A stretch of DNA of 64,000 nt from an uncultured Solirubrobacterales bacterium. GTDB taxonomy: Bacteria; Actinomycetota; Thermoleophilia; Solirubrobacterales; Solirubrobacteraceae. The first letter of the stretch is position 1, and each line of letters opens with the position of its first letter. This document shows positions 49,687 through 59,845 of the stretch, one piece after another. The notes below the pieces were generated by a model, which had not been told where the DNA came from, searched no databases, and worked only from the letters and a program-made list of their open reading frames with translations. Made by a program: the position numbers and the translations under genes. The stretch is taken from NCBI GenBank assembly GCA_963763715.1, contig CAVXPV010000020.1, positions 78,124 to 142,123 of the forward strand. The letters are read 5' to 3'.

Positions 49687-51228
49687 ATGAGCGCCACCCA
49701 GCACGAGCAGGCCGAGACCAACGGTTCGGCCACGCGCACGATCGGGGTCGAGAATCCGGCCACCGGTGAACTCATCACGACGGTCCCGGTGCAGGGCGCC
49801 GACGAACTCGCGGCCATGGCGGTCCGGGCGCGCGAGGCCCAGCCCCAGTGGGAGGCGGTCGGCTTCGAGGGTCGCGGCCGGATCATGCGCCGGGCGCAGA
49901 AGTGGATGTTCGACAACGCGCAGCGGGTGCTCGAGACGGTCGTCTCGGAGACCGGAAAGACCTACGAGGACGCCCAGATCGCTGACTTCGGCTACACCGC
50001 CTCGGCGCTGGGCTTCTGGGCCAAGGAGGGCCCCAAGTATCTGGCGGATGAGCGGGTGCCGTCCTGGAACAACCCGGTGGCGGCGGGTAAGAAGCTCGTC
50101 ATCCGCTACGCCCCCGTCGGGCTGGTCGGCGTCATCGGACCTTGGAATTACCCGATCGCCAACTCCTTCGGAGATTGCATCCCGGCGATGATGGCCGGCA
50201 ACAGCGTCATCCTCAAGCCCAGCGAGGTGACCCCCCTCAGCTCGTTCCTGATGGCCGAGATGCTGCAGGAGTGCGGGCTTCCCGAGGGCGTCTTCCAGGT
50301 CGCCACCGGTGACGGCGGCACCGGCGCAGCGCTGATCACGCAGGTCGACTGCGTCATGTTCACCGGCTCGAGCCGCACCGGCAAGGCGGTCATGAAGGCG
50401 GCCGCCGATGTGCTCGTGCCCTGTTACCTGGAGCTCGGTGGCAAGGACCCCATGATTGTCTGCTCCGACGCCAACCTGGAACGCGCCGCCAACGCGGCGA
50501 CGTTCTTCTCGATGAACAACGGGGGTCAGGTCTGCATCTCGGTCGAGCGCTGCTATGTCGAGGCGCCCGTCTATGACCAGTTCGTGCAGAAGGTGACGGA
50601 TAAGGTCAAGGCGCTGCGCCAGGGGGTGCCGACCCAGGAGGGCACGGTCGACGTAGGAGCGGTCATCTTCCCGCCTCAGATCGACATCGTGGCCGACCAC
50701 GTCAAGGACGCCGTCGACAAGGGCGCCACGGTGCTGACCGGCGGCCACGCCGGCCCCGGCCCCGGCCGTTTCTTCGAGCCGACCGTTTTGGTCGACGTGG
50801 ATCACAGCATGAAGTGCATGACCGAGGAGACCTTCGGTCCGACGTTGCCGATCATGAAGATCGCTGACGCTGAGGAGGGCGTGCGGTTGGCCAACGACTC
50901 CGAGTACGGGCTGCAGGCCAGCGTGTGGACCAGCGACACCGATCGTGGCGAGGCCCTGGCCCGCCGCATCCAGGCCGGGGTTGTGTGCGTCAACGACGCG
51001 CAGGTCAACTACACCGCGCTCAACCTGCCAATGGGCGGCTGGAAGACCTCTGGCCTGGGCACCCGCCATGGCGCGGCCGGGATCCGCAAGTACACCAAGG
51101 TCCAGTCACTGCTGGTCACCAAGCGCGCGCTCAAGCGTGAGCCGTTCATGTTCCCCTACTCGGCGCGGCAAACCAAGCTCCTGCGCACGATGCTCAAGCT
51201 GTTCTACGGTCGCGGCAAGCGCGACTAG
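49687..51228 (+). CDS. Aldehyde dehydrogenase
   Basis: PWNYP, KPSE, FTGS, LELGGKDP, GQVC, EETFGP; GGAGG RBS. Confidence 0.95.
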   Translation: MSATQHEQAETNGSATRTIGVENPATGELITTVPVQGADELAAMAVRAREAQPQWEAVGFEGRGRIMRRAQKWMFDNAQRVLETVVSETGKTYEDAQIADFGYTASALGFWAKEGPKYLADERVPSWNNPVAAGKKLVIRYAPVGLVGVIGPWNYPIANSFGDCIPAMMAGNSVILKPSEVTPLSSFLMAEMLQECGLPEGVFQVATGDGGTGAALITQVDCVMFTGSSRTGKAVMKAAADVLVPCYLELGGKDPMIVCSDANLERAANAATFFSMNNGGQVCISVERCYVEAPVYDQFVQKVTDKVKALRQGVPTQEGTVDVGAVIFPPQIDIVADHVKDAVDKGATVLTGGHAGPGPGRFFEPTVLVDVDHSMKCMTEETFGPTLPIMKIADAEEGVRLANDSEYGLQASVWTSDTDRGEALARRIQAGVVCVNDAQVNYTALNLPMGGWKTSGLGTRHGAAGIRKYTKVQSLLVTKRALKREPFMFPYSARQTKLLRTMLKLFYGRGKRD

Positions 51229-51267
51229 ACGTCCCCGGCGCGGCGGCGCGATCGCCGTCGCGCTCGA

Positions 51268-53325
51268 TCAGCCGGTGTAGGCGTTGTAGACCACGCCGGT
51301 GGTGAACAGCGTCAGCTGCGGGTTGTTGGCATAGCCGAGGCGCGAGAGCGAGAACAGCTGCTCGATGCTGCCCAGCAGCGAGTAGTGATTGAAGTAGTCC
51401 AGCGTGTCCTCGCTGCCCGGCTTGACGTACTTGGACAGCAGCAGCATTCCGAGCTGCCCGCCGCCACCGGTCGCCGTCGTCTGCCCGCCCGAGAGCGGGG
51501 CGGTGGTCGTGGCGCTCGTCGTCGTAGTGGTCGTGGTGGTTGGCGCCGAGGTCGTCGTCGGGGTCGACCCGGCCTCGGTCGTGTTCCCTGGCGTGGTGCC
51601 GGCCGCGGTTGTCGTCGTCCCCGGTGCGGTGCTGGCCGCGGTTGTCGTCGTCCCGCTCGTCGTGGTCGGGCCCGAGGTCGTCGGCGGCACCGGCAGGTTC
51701 GGGTAGACCGGGTTGTTGCAGCAGGCGCTCGGGTCCGCCTCCGGACCACTCTGCGGCGCGTTGTCGGCGGTGATCGCGATCAGCCCGCCGTTCTTGTACG
51801 CCGGCGAGGCCCTGATCTCGGAGATCGTGGTCTTGAGGAATGAGTCGGTCGCTGCGGCCGCCGCCTTGGGGTCCGCGGCCTGGCCGGGGGCGCAGGTCAC
51901 CTCGCTTCCGTCGTCGCACGGGCTCGGGGCGATGTAGGCCAGCGTCGGCGTGGTGCGCTCCTGGCGCAGGTCCTTGGCCAGCTGTTCGAAGCTGACGTCC
52001 TGCTGGGCGCAGCTCGTGGACTCCGTGATGGACTGGAAGTAGACGAACGGGTTGCGCCAGGTGACGTAGGGGCTGGCCGCGGACGCCGTCTGGGCGCTGT
52101 CAGCGGTGCCGAGGTTCGGATGACGGCAGGCGGATTGGCCTCCAGCGGGGGTGGTCCCGGTCGTGCCTGTGGTCCCGGTCGTGCCTGTGGTCGCGGTCGT
52201 GCCTGTGGTTGCGGTCGTGCCTGTGGTTGCGGTCGTGCCTGTGGTTGCGGTCGTGCCTGTGGTTGCGGTCGTGCCTGTGGTGCCGGTCGTGTCCGTCGTC
52301 CCGGCCGCGGGCGTGTTGGCGGACGGGACGGTCGCGCTCGAGCTGGTGCCCGAGGCGGACCCACTCGTGCCGGCGGGCGCGGGCGCCGTGCTCATCCCCT
52401 CCACGTAGGCCTTCCACGTCTGACCGTTGGCGGTGAGCTGATCGGGCAGGTTCTGGGCGTTTGCCGGGTACACGCAGCCGTCGCCCTGCGTCTGCTTGCC
52501 CTTGCCCAGGGTGCCCGGCGTGATCGCCGTGTACTGCGGGCAGTCGAGCATCGTCTGCCGGGTCGGTCCCTGGCCGCTGATCATGGCCACACCGTTGGCG
52601 AGCGGGCTGCCGGCCACGCCGTAGTAGTTGTCAAGCAGTTCGCCCTGCTTGCGCAGTGTGTGGGCAAGATAGGGGAAGGCCGAGCCCGGGCCGTAGAGCG
52701 ACTTGAAGCCCTGGCTGGAGAGCATCACGACGAACACGTGCTTGACCGGGGGAAGCGCGGATCCGCTCGGGGCTGCGTGCGCGGCGGGGCCGCCCCCGCC
52801 TCCGCCGCCACCCGTCGAGCCGCCCCCGGGAGCGGTGATCGTCTGGGCCGCGACGGTCTGCACGACGGTCGTCGTTCCGCCGCCGCCTCCGCCTCCGGAG
52901 CCCGAGCCGCCGCCACCGGTTGACGCGGCCGAGGCCGGTGCGGCGGTCGCCGCCTGAGGTGGCGCGTAGGCGACGATCATCGGCGCCGAGCTGTTGGCCA
53001 GCGAGGTCGCCCCGGATCCCACGACGACCCCGAAGGCGAGCATCGACATCACGGCCAGCGCCGCCGCGCGCGGTGGCAGTGTGGACAGAAATGCTGCGGC
53101 CCGGCTCTCCGCAGACGCAGCGGGGCCAAGGAGCCCGCCCGGCCACGGCACCGGCTCTCCGGCCGCCGCGGCGGCGGCCAGCGCCACCAGGTCCGGGGGC
53201 AGCGGCACACAGCGAGCCCCGCAGTTGACGCAGTAACGCTGGTCCGGGGCCAGCGGCACGCGGCATTCGGCGCACGTCGCGACATGGCGGGAGACGACGG
53301 AGATCGGAAATCCGGGAGCGGTCAC
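51268..53325 (-). CDS. Phosphoesterase/alkaline-phosphatase-superfamily protein with N-terminal double zinc ribbon, TM helix and Thr-rich linkers
   Basis: CAEC..CVNC, TM, then VKHVFVVML, SPLANGVAMISGQ, WKAY, NPFVYF, NHYSLLGSIEQLF. Start approximate. Confidence 0.75.
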   Translation of the reverse strand: MTAPGFPISVVSRHVATCAECRVPLAPDQRYCVNCGARCVPLPPDLVALAAAAAAGEPVPWPGGLLGPAASAESRAAAFLSTLPPRAAALAVMSMLAFGVVVGSGATSLANSSAPMIVAYAPPQAATAAPASAASTGGGGSGSGGGGGGGTTTVVQTVAAQTITAPGGGSTGGGGGGGGPAAHAAPSGSALPPVKHVFVVMLSSQGFKSLYGPGSAFPYLAHTLRKQGELLDNYYGVAGSPLANGVAMISGQGPTRQTMLDCPQYTAITPGTLGKGKQTQGDGCVYPANAQNLPDQLTANGQTWKAYVEGMSTAPAPAGTSGSASGTSSSATVPSANTPAAGTTDTTGTTGTTATTGTTATTGTTATTGTTATTGTTATTGTTGTTGTTGTTPAGGQSACRHPNLGTADSAQTASAASPYVTWRNPFVYFQSITESTSCAQQDVSFEQLAKDLRQERTTPTLAYIAPSPCDDGSEVTCAPGQAADPKAAAAATDSFLKTTISEIRASPAYKNGGLIAITADNAPQSGPEADPSACCNNPVYPNLPVPPTTSGPTTTSGTTTTAASTAPGTTTTAAGTTPGNTTEAGSTPTTTSAPTTTTTTTTSATTTAPLSGGQTTATGGGGQLGMLLLSKYVKPGSEDTLDYFNHYSLLGSIEQLFSLSRLGYANNPQLTLFTTGVVYNAYTG
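52151..52294. repeat. Eight tandem 18-bp units (GTGGTNSCGGTCGTGCCT) encoding TTGTTA/TTGTTG
   Basis: Read directly; in frame inside the phosphoesterase gene. Confidence 0.9.
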
Positions 53326-53428
53326 AAGTCCGCGCGGATTGTCGGACAGCGGGATGGGAAAGTTGTGTCCGAAATGTGGCCGGGTGCGTGGCGCGCGCGT
53401 AGGACGCCGCGTGCGCACGTCGAGCCGT

Positions 53429-53450
53429 GATCACGTCTTGTTAACACCTC
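53429..53450 (+). promoter_or_regulatory. Candidate PHO-box-like 11-bp direct repeat (GATCACGTCTT GTTAACACCTC)
   Basis: 11-nt spacing and similarity to the actinobacterial GTTCAC unit; sits upstream of CATACT (-10-like) in the divergent spacer. Confidence 0.45.
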
Positions 53451-53481
53451 CCCGATCAGGCCGCCCATACTCAGGGCCGTA

Positions 53482-54135
53482 ATGGAGTCCCGCCGACCCC
53501 TACGTGCCGCCTCGGAACCTGACGAGGCGCCCACCGCGGTCCACGAGACCGAGCCCGTCCGTCCCGTGACCGAGCCAGAGTCACTCGCTCCCGCCCTGGC
53601 GACCAGCGACCAGTGCGCCAATTGCGGGTCGCAGCTCGCGCTCGACCAGCATTACTGCCTGGTGTGCGGGGAACGGCGCGGCGCCGCCCGCTTCAACGCA
53701 ATTCCGGCCACCGGCTCGGTCACCACGACGTTCACCGAGCACCGGACGTCGGCGCATCCACCGCGCTTCTCGAGCGCCGCCACACTGATCGCCGGCGTCG
53801 CCACGCTGCTCATCGCGATGGGAATCGGCGTCTACATCGGCGGCTTGGGCAAGAGCAACAACTCCGGCTCAGGACAGCCGGTCCGGGTCCTCACCGTCGG
53901 CGGCGGATCGGCTGCATTCACCGGAACGAGTGCGGCCACCGCCGCAACCGGCAGCGGTTCGGGCGGCGGCAGTTCCAAGCACAAGAAGTCCACGGGCGCC
54001 AATAAGAGCGGCGGAGCGGCCAAGGTTGTGACCACGGTCAAGAATCAGCCCCCGCCGACCGTCACCGTCGGCGCCAGTGGGTCGGGCAAGGGCTTCCAGA
54101 AGGGTAAGTTCACCGGCCACTTCTTCGGTCCCTGA
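53482..54135 (+). CDS. Double-zinc-ribbon single-pass membrane protein
   Basis: CANCGSQLALDQHYCLVCG, one TM, Gly/Ser/Lys-rich tail ending FTGHFFGP. Confidence 0.75.
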   Translation: MESRRPLRAASEPDEAPTAVHETEPVRPVTEPESLAPALATSDQCANCGSQLALDQHYCLVCGERRGAARFNAIPATGSVTTTFTEHRTSAHPPRFSSAATLIAGVATLLIAMGIGVYIGGLGKSNNSGSGQPVRVLTVGGGSAAFTGTSAATAATGSGSGGGSSKHKKSTGANKSGGAAKVVTTVKNQPPPTVTVGASGSGKGFQKGKFTGHFFGP

Positions 54136-54140
54136 TCACG

Positions 54141-54644
54141 ATGGCGATGCGCAACCCCTTCTCCAGCGCCGGCAAGCGCCCGCCCGAGCCCGCCTCGGCC
54201 TATCACGAGCCGTCCTCGGTGCCCGTCGCGCCCCCACCGGGGGCCCAGGGGACACCGGCGCCTCCCGCCGGGGGGCTGCCGCCCCGCAGCCGCGACGACA
54301 GCCGCTCGATCGACCTCGAAAAGCGCCGTGAGCAGCTGACCGCCCGCGTGGCCGAGCTGCAGTGGGACCTCGGTGGCCTGGTCTATGAGATGGCGACCCG
54401 CGACCGGATCAAGATCGATGTGATCGTGCGCCGCGCCGCGCTGTTGCAGGACGCTGACGCCGAGCTCGGCGAGGTGGAACGGATCCTGCGCATAGAGCAC
54501 ACCGGCAGCGCCGGCACCTGCGTCAACTGCGGCGCCCCCCACTCCGGAGGGGCCGTGTTCTGCTGGCAGTGCGGGCAGTCGCTGCTCGAGCAGGTCCCCA
54601 GCGACGCGATCGGGGGCGACACCCCGTCCCCCGCGCGCAGCTGA
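54141..54644 (+). CDS. Coiled-coil protein with C-terminal double zinc ribbon
   Basis: ELQWDLGGLVYEMA helical region, then CVNC..CWQCG. Confidence 0.75.
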   Translation: MAMRNPFSSAGKRPPEPASAYHEPSSVPVAPPPGAQGTPAPPAGGLPPRSRDDSRSIDLEKRREQLTARVAELQWDLGGLVYEMATRDRIKIDVIVRRAALLQDADAELGEVERILRIEHTGSAGTCVNCGAPHSGGAVFCWQCGQSLLEQVPSDAIGGDTPSPARS

Positions 54645-54698
54645 CGCGGCCGTTCACCGCGTGACGGCGGGGTACGACGCCCCGACCGCGGTCCCCAC

Positions 54699-55585
<887 letters not shown>

Positions 55586-55589
<4 letters not shown>

Positions 55590-56497
55590 CGGGCGAGCTT
55601 CCTCCGGTTACGGGCGAGCAGGGCACGGGCGGCGAAATTGGTCAGCAGGATCATCAGCAGCAGGACGAGCGCGGCCCCCCACGCGTGGGAGATGCTCGAC
55701 GAGTCCGCCTGCTCACTCTGGGTGAAGATATAGAAGGGGATGTTGGGGATCCCGGAGTGCGAGAACGGGTTGAGCTGGATCGCGTCGGGATTCCAGACCG
55801 AGTCCAGCGCGATCAGCGGCGCGGTTTCCCCGGCCGCGCGGCCCAGAGCGAGGATCGTGCCCGTGACGATACCGCCGATCGCCTCGGGCAGGATCACGCT
55901 GATGACGGTTCGCCAGCGTGGGACACCGAGCGCGTCGGCGCCCTCGCGCAGGGTGGTCGGGACGAGCAGGATCACCTCCTGGCTGGAGCGGGCGATCAGC
56001 GGCAGCATGATCACCGCCAGCGCGATCGAGGCGTCGATGCCCGCCTGACCGTTGCCCTTCACGAGCAGGCCGAAGAACAGCAGTCCCACGATGATGCTCG
56101 GCAGTCCCTGCATCAGGTCGAGCACGGTGCGCAGCGCAGCCGCGACCCGCGGACGGGCGAACTCGGTCACGAACAGAGCCACGAGCACGCCGAGCGGGGT
56201 CGCAATCACGGTGGCCAGCCCACAGATGACCAGCGTGCCGAGGATCTCGGGAGCGATGCCGCCCCCGGGACCGCCGATCGTCGGGTTCTTGGTGATGAAG
56301 TCGAGGTTGAGTGTGCCGCCGCCCCGCTTGGCCACGGAGTAGATGACGACCCCGAGCACCGCGAGCGCCAGCACCGCCGCGGCGCGGGCCGAGCCGGCGA
56401 ACAGGCGGCTGACCCAGTGACGCCGGCGCAGGTTGCCGCTCGGGCGCAGCGGAGCGCTCGGATCAAACAGGGGCTGCGTCGGGGCCTCGACGCTCAT
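55586..56497 (-). CDS. pstA: Phosphate ABC transporter permease
   Basis: [27 protein letters not shown]. Confidence 0.93.
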
Positions 56498-57468
56498 ATC
56501 CGCCGTACCCGCCGGGTGTCGAAGTGGCGTCCGATGTACTGAGCCAGCAGGTTGACCGTGATTCCGAGCACGAGCAGCACCAGGGCGACGTAGAACAGCG
56601 CCGAGGTGTAGAGCGGGTGATCACCGGGGAAGTTCTCGGCCAGCCGGCTGGCGAACGTGTCGCCGGTCTGAAACAACGACGGGTGGATCGACGTGCCGGC
56701 CCCGATCACCTGGGTGACCGCGATCGCCTCGCCCAGCGCCCGCCCGAGCCCGAGCACAGAGGCGGCGATCACGCCGGGGGCGGTAGCGGGCAGAATCACC
56801 CCGCGGATCACCTCCCAGCGCGTGGCTCCGAGCGCCGCGGCGCCGTCCTGGAGCTCTCGCGGCACGGTCAGAAACAGATCCCGGCTCAGCGCCGCGACGA
56901 TCGGCACGACCATGATGGTGAGGATCAGCCCGGCGGTGAACACGCCGGCTCCGTTGGTCTGCTGGGGTCCGAAGATGGGAATGAAGCCCAGCGCGCCGTG
57001 CAGGGCGGGCTCGAGCGCCGAGTGCACGAACGGGGACAGGACGAGGATTCCCCAGAGTCCGAGGATCACCGTCGGCACGGCCGCGACCAGCTCGACCAGC
57101 GGACCGACGATCGCCCGCGTCCGGCGGCCGGCGAGCAGGCTGAGGTAGAGACCGATGGCGACCCCGATCGGCACCGCCAGCAGCAGCGCCATCGACGAGC
57201 TGACCACGGTCCCGAACAGGAGCACCGCCGCGCCGTAGTGATCGAAGTTCGGCGCCCAGGCCTGATGCAGTAGGAAGGCGAAGCCGAGCTTTCCGATCGC
57301 GAGGTTCGCGCCGGTGACGACTTGGTAGATGACCTCGGCGATCACCGCCACGGTGATCAGCGCGGCCAGCGAGCAGAGCCCGAGCAGGATGCCCTCGCCG
57401 AGGCTGGGCGGGCCGCCACGCGATGAGGAGAAGGTGGGCAGACGGAGGGTGCGCGAAGTCGCCGACAC
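56494..57468 (-). CDS. pstC: Phosphate ABC transporter permease
   Basis: ELVAAVPTVILGLWG, ALGATRWE, GRALGEAIAV. Confidence 0.93.
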   Translation of the reverse strand: MSATSRTLRLPTFSSSRGGPPSLGEGILLGLCSLAALITVAVIAEVIYQVVTGANLAIGKLGFAFLLHQAWAPNFDHYGAAVLLFGTVVSSSMALLLAVPIGVAIGLYLSLLAGRRTRAIVGPLVELVAAVPTVILGLWGILVLSPFVHSALEPALHGALGFIPIFGPQQTNGAGVFTAGLILTIMVVPIVAALSRDLFLTVPRELQDGAAALGATRWEVIRGVILPATAPGVIAASVLGLGRALGEAIAVTQVIGAGTSIHPSLFQTGDTFASRLAENFPGDHPLYTSALFYVALVLLVLGITVNLLAQYIGRHFDTRRVRRI

Positions 57469-57672
57469 GGCGCGGCAGCGTAGAGGAACGTATCCCGTGC
57501 CAGGGCGCCGGCTCAGCTGCGTTCACACGATTTCTCAATCTCGATCACGAATGCGTTACAGGACTTCGTCTCGCCTGCTCGATGCTTGGCGCGCTTCCTG
57601 TCATGCGGCAATGCCGTGCGGGGGCGCAACGGCCGGAAACAACCCGAAGCATTTACCCAAAGGAGTTTCGTC

Positions 57673-58686
57673 TTGCCTCGCAAGAAACTTGTCGTGCTCG
57701 TGGCAGCACTCGCCACGGTCATGAGCGTGGCCACGGCGGCTGCCGTCGCGGCCAACTTCACCGGATCGGGCTCCACGCTCGTCCAGCCCCTGATGGCCCA
57801 ATGGACGCAGGACTACGGCCACCGCACCGGAACCCAGATCACCTATGCGGGCGTCGGCTCCGGCCAGGGCATCGTCAACGTCTCCACCGGCGTCACCAAC
57901 TTTGGCGCCTCCGACGCTCCGCTCACGCCCACTCAGGCCGGCAGCTGCCAGGGCTGCGTCCAGATCCCCTGGGCCCTGACCGCAACGGCGATCGGCTTCA
58001 ACCTCAGCGGCGTCAAGAGCCTGCACCTCAGCGGGCCGGTACTGGCGCAGATCTATCTGGGTCAGATCACCAACTGGAATGACGGCCGGATCAAGAAGCT
58101 CAACAAGCACACCAACCTGCCCAACGAGAAGATCACGCCGGTGTACCGCTCCGACGGTTCGGGTGACACGTACGTGATCACGGACTTCCTGTCGCGCACC
58201 TCCAGCGCGTTCAAGAGCCGGATCGGTAACGCGACCGCCGTCAGCTTCCCAACGGGAACCGGCGCCAAGGGCAACGCGGGCGTCACCTCGACGATCCTCT
58301 CGACCCCCGGGTCGATCGGCTACGTCGCCGCCTCCTACGCGATCACCCACCCGGTCCAGGTGGCCGGACTGGCGAACGCGGCCGGGAACGTCGAGTACCC
58401 GAACCTGTCCAACATCTCAGCCGCCGCGCGGTCCGTCTCCCGCGTGCCGGGCAACAACGAACTGCACATCGTCAACCCGGCGTCGACCTACGCCGCCGCG
58501 TACCCGATGTCGACGTTCACCTACGCGATCGTGCCCACGGGCTCGAGCGTCGGTTCGTCGATCGCAGCGTTCATCCGCTACGCGGTTTCCTCGGTGGGCC
58601 AGAAGTTCGGCCCCGCGCTGGACTTCGCGCCGCTGCCGGCTGTAGTCCACAACGCGGACCTCAAAGCCGCTAAGAAGATCCATTAG
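57673..58686 (+). CDS. pstS: Phosphate-binding protein
   Basis: GSGSTL, GSGQG, FGASDAP, RSDGSGDT, GSIGYV, YPMSTFTY; TTG start after AGGAG. Confidence 0.92.
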   Translation: MPRKKLVVLVAALATVMSVATAAAVAANFTGSGSTLVQPLMAQWTQDYGHRTGTQITYAGVGSGQGIVNVSTGVTNFGASDAPLTPTQAGSCQGCVQIPWALTATAIGFNLSGVKSLHLSGPVLAQIYLGQITNWNDGRIKKLNKHTNLPNEKITPVYRSDGSGDTYVITDFLSRTSSAFKSRIGNATAVSFPTGTGAKGNAGVTSTILSTPGSIGYVAASYAITHPVQVAGLANAAGNVEYPNLSNISAAARSVSRVPGNNELHIVNPASTYAAAYPMSTFTYAIVPTGSSVGSSIAAFIRYAVSSVGQKFGPALDFAPLPAVVHNADLKAAKKIH

Positions 58687-58717
58687 CCGCACCGCCTGAT
58701 CTGACTGACCAGGGGAC

Positions 58718-58746
58718 GAGCCGCTCGGCCACGTGCCGGGCGGCTC
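58718..58746. terminator. GC-rich hairpin between convergent pstS and the lipoprotein gene
   Basis: GAGCCGCTCGGC-cacgt-GCCGGGCGGCTC, a 12-bp stem with one G-U pair. Confidence 0.65.
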
Positions 58747-58775
58747 TTCGCCGTTCCAGGATCAGCTAGAGGTCC

Positions 58776-59216
58776 TCAGCGGCTCACGCACGCGGGCACC
58801 CGCAGCGCCCGCCAAGCCGTGTTGGCCCGCAGCTCGGATCCGGCCAGCTGCTGTTGCAGCGTCTTGATCGCGACGACGGGATCGTTGCCGTCCCGCAGGC
58901 CCTTCAGCGAGGAGCGCAGCGCGGCGAGCTCGGCCTGCATGGACGAGACCGCGATCTCGATCGAACCGTGATCGCCCAGGCTGCGCAGGGTCCGGATCTC
59001 GGGCGAGAGCACCGCGATCCCCTGGGCGAGGAAGCGCCGCCCATCGCTCGGCACCTTCGGGAGCCGGATCGCCGCGCTTTGGTCAGCCGCCCGATCGCAG
59101 GCCTGCGTGGCCCGGGTGCGCACCTGCGCCGCGGTCAGGCCGCCCCCACAGCCGGCCACGTTGAGGACGGCCAGGACACTCAGCGCGATCAGGACGCTGA
59201 GGGTCCGACGCCTCAT
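58776..59216 (-). CDS. Hypothetical lipoprotein
   Basis: MRRRTLSVLIAL...VAGCGG lipobox; helical body with two Cys. Confidence 0.7.
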   Translation of the reverse strand: MRRRTLSVLIALSVLAVLNVAGCGGGLTAAQVRTRATQACDRAADQSAAIRLPKVPSDGRRFLAQGIAVLSPEIRTLRSLGDHGSIEIAVSSMQAELAALRSSLKGLRDGNDPVVAIKTLQQQLAGSELRANTAWRALRVPACVSR

Positions 59217-59845
59217 CGTAGGTTGACGGACAGCAGGCGCTGCAGTTCGTCGATCGTGTCCTCGGACCGGCGATGACGCACCGTGGCCATGCCGATCGCC
59301 GCCGCGGGCTTGAGATTGAAACCGAGGTCGTCAACGAACACACAGGCCGCCGGCGCCAGCCCGATGCGCTCGGCGCCCAGGCGGTAGATCTCGGGGGTGG
59401 GCTTGCGCATCTTGACCTCGCCGGAGATGACCGTGCCGTCGAACAGCTCATCCAGCAGCGCGCGGTCATAGCTGCCCGCGCCCCACGAGTTGGAGATCAT
59501 GCCGGTGCGGATCCCGGCCTCGCGGGCGCGGCGCACCGCTGCGACCATCGCTGGCTCGAGCTGTGACGCGGCGAAGATCCGCGCGATCAGGTTCTCAGGT
59601 GCGACGCCGAGTACCTCGGCGAAGCCGACCTCGAACTCCCGTTCAGGCAGGCTTCCATCCTCGAGGCCGGCCAGCAGATCCCGGCTCGCCGGGTCGTGGC
59701 GGAAGCGGTCGCGGACCGTCTCGGCCGATAGTCCCTCGGCCGCGCAGAAGGCCGCGAAGGTCGCAAACACGTCGGTGGTCATCACCCCGCCCCAGTCGAC
59801 GAGCAAGCCGGTGCGAGCCCCGGTCCCCGGCGTCTCGGGTGACAC
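59213..59845 (-). CDS. HAD-IA family phosphatase (ACAD10/epoxide hydrolase N-terminal-like)
   Basis: VDWGGVMT, ISN, MRKP, FVDDL..N. Confidence 0.85.
   Translation of the reverse strand: MSPETPGTGARTGLLVDWGGVMTTDVFATFAAFCAAEGLSAETVRDRFRHDPASRDLLAGLEDGSLPEREFEVGFAEVLGVAPENLIARIFAASQLEPAMVAAVRRAREAGIRTGMISNSWGAGSYDRALLDELFDGTVISGEVKMRKPTPEIYRLGAERIGLAPAACVFVDDLGFNLKPAAAIGMATVRHRRSEDTIDELQRLLSVNLR

Noticed and set aside
52151-52294. CRISPR array
   Set aside because: Head-to-tail 18-bp units with no spacers, in frame within a CDS, and no cas genes.
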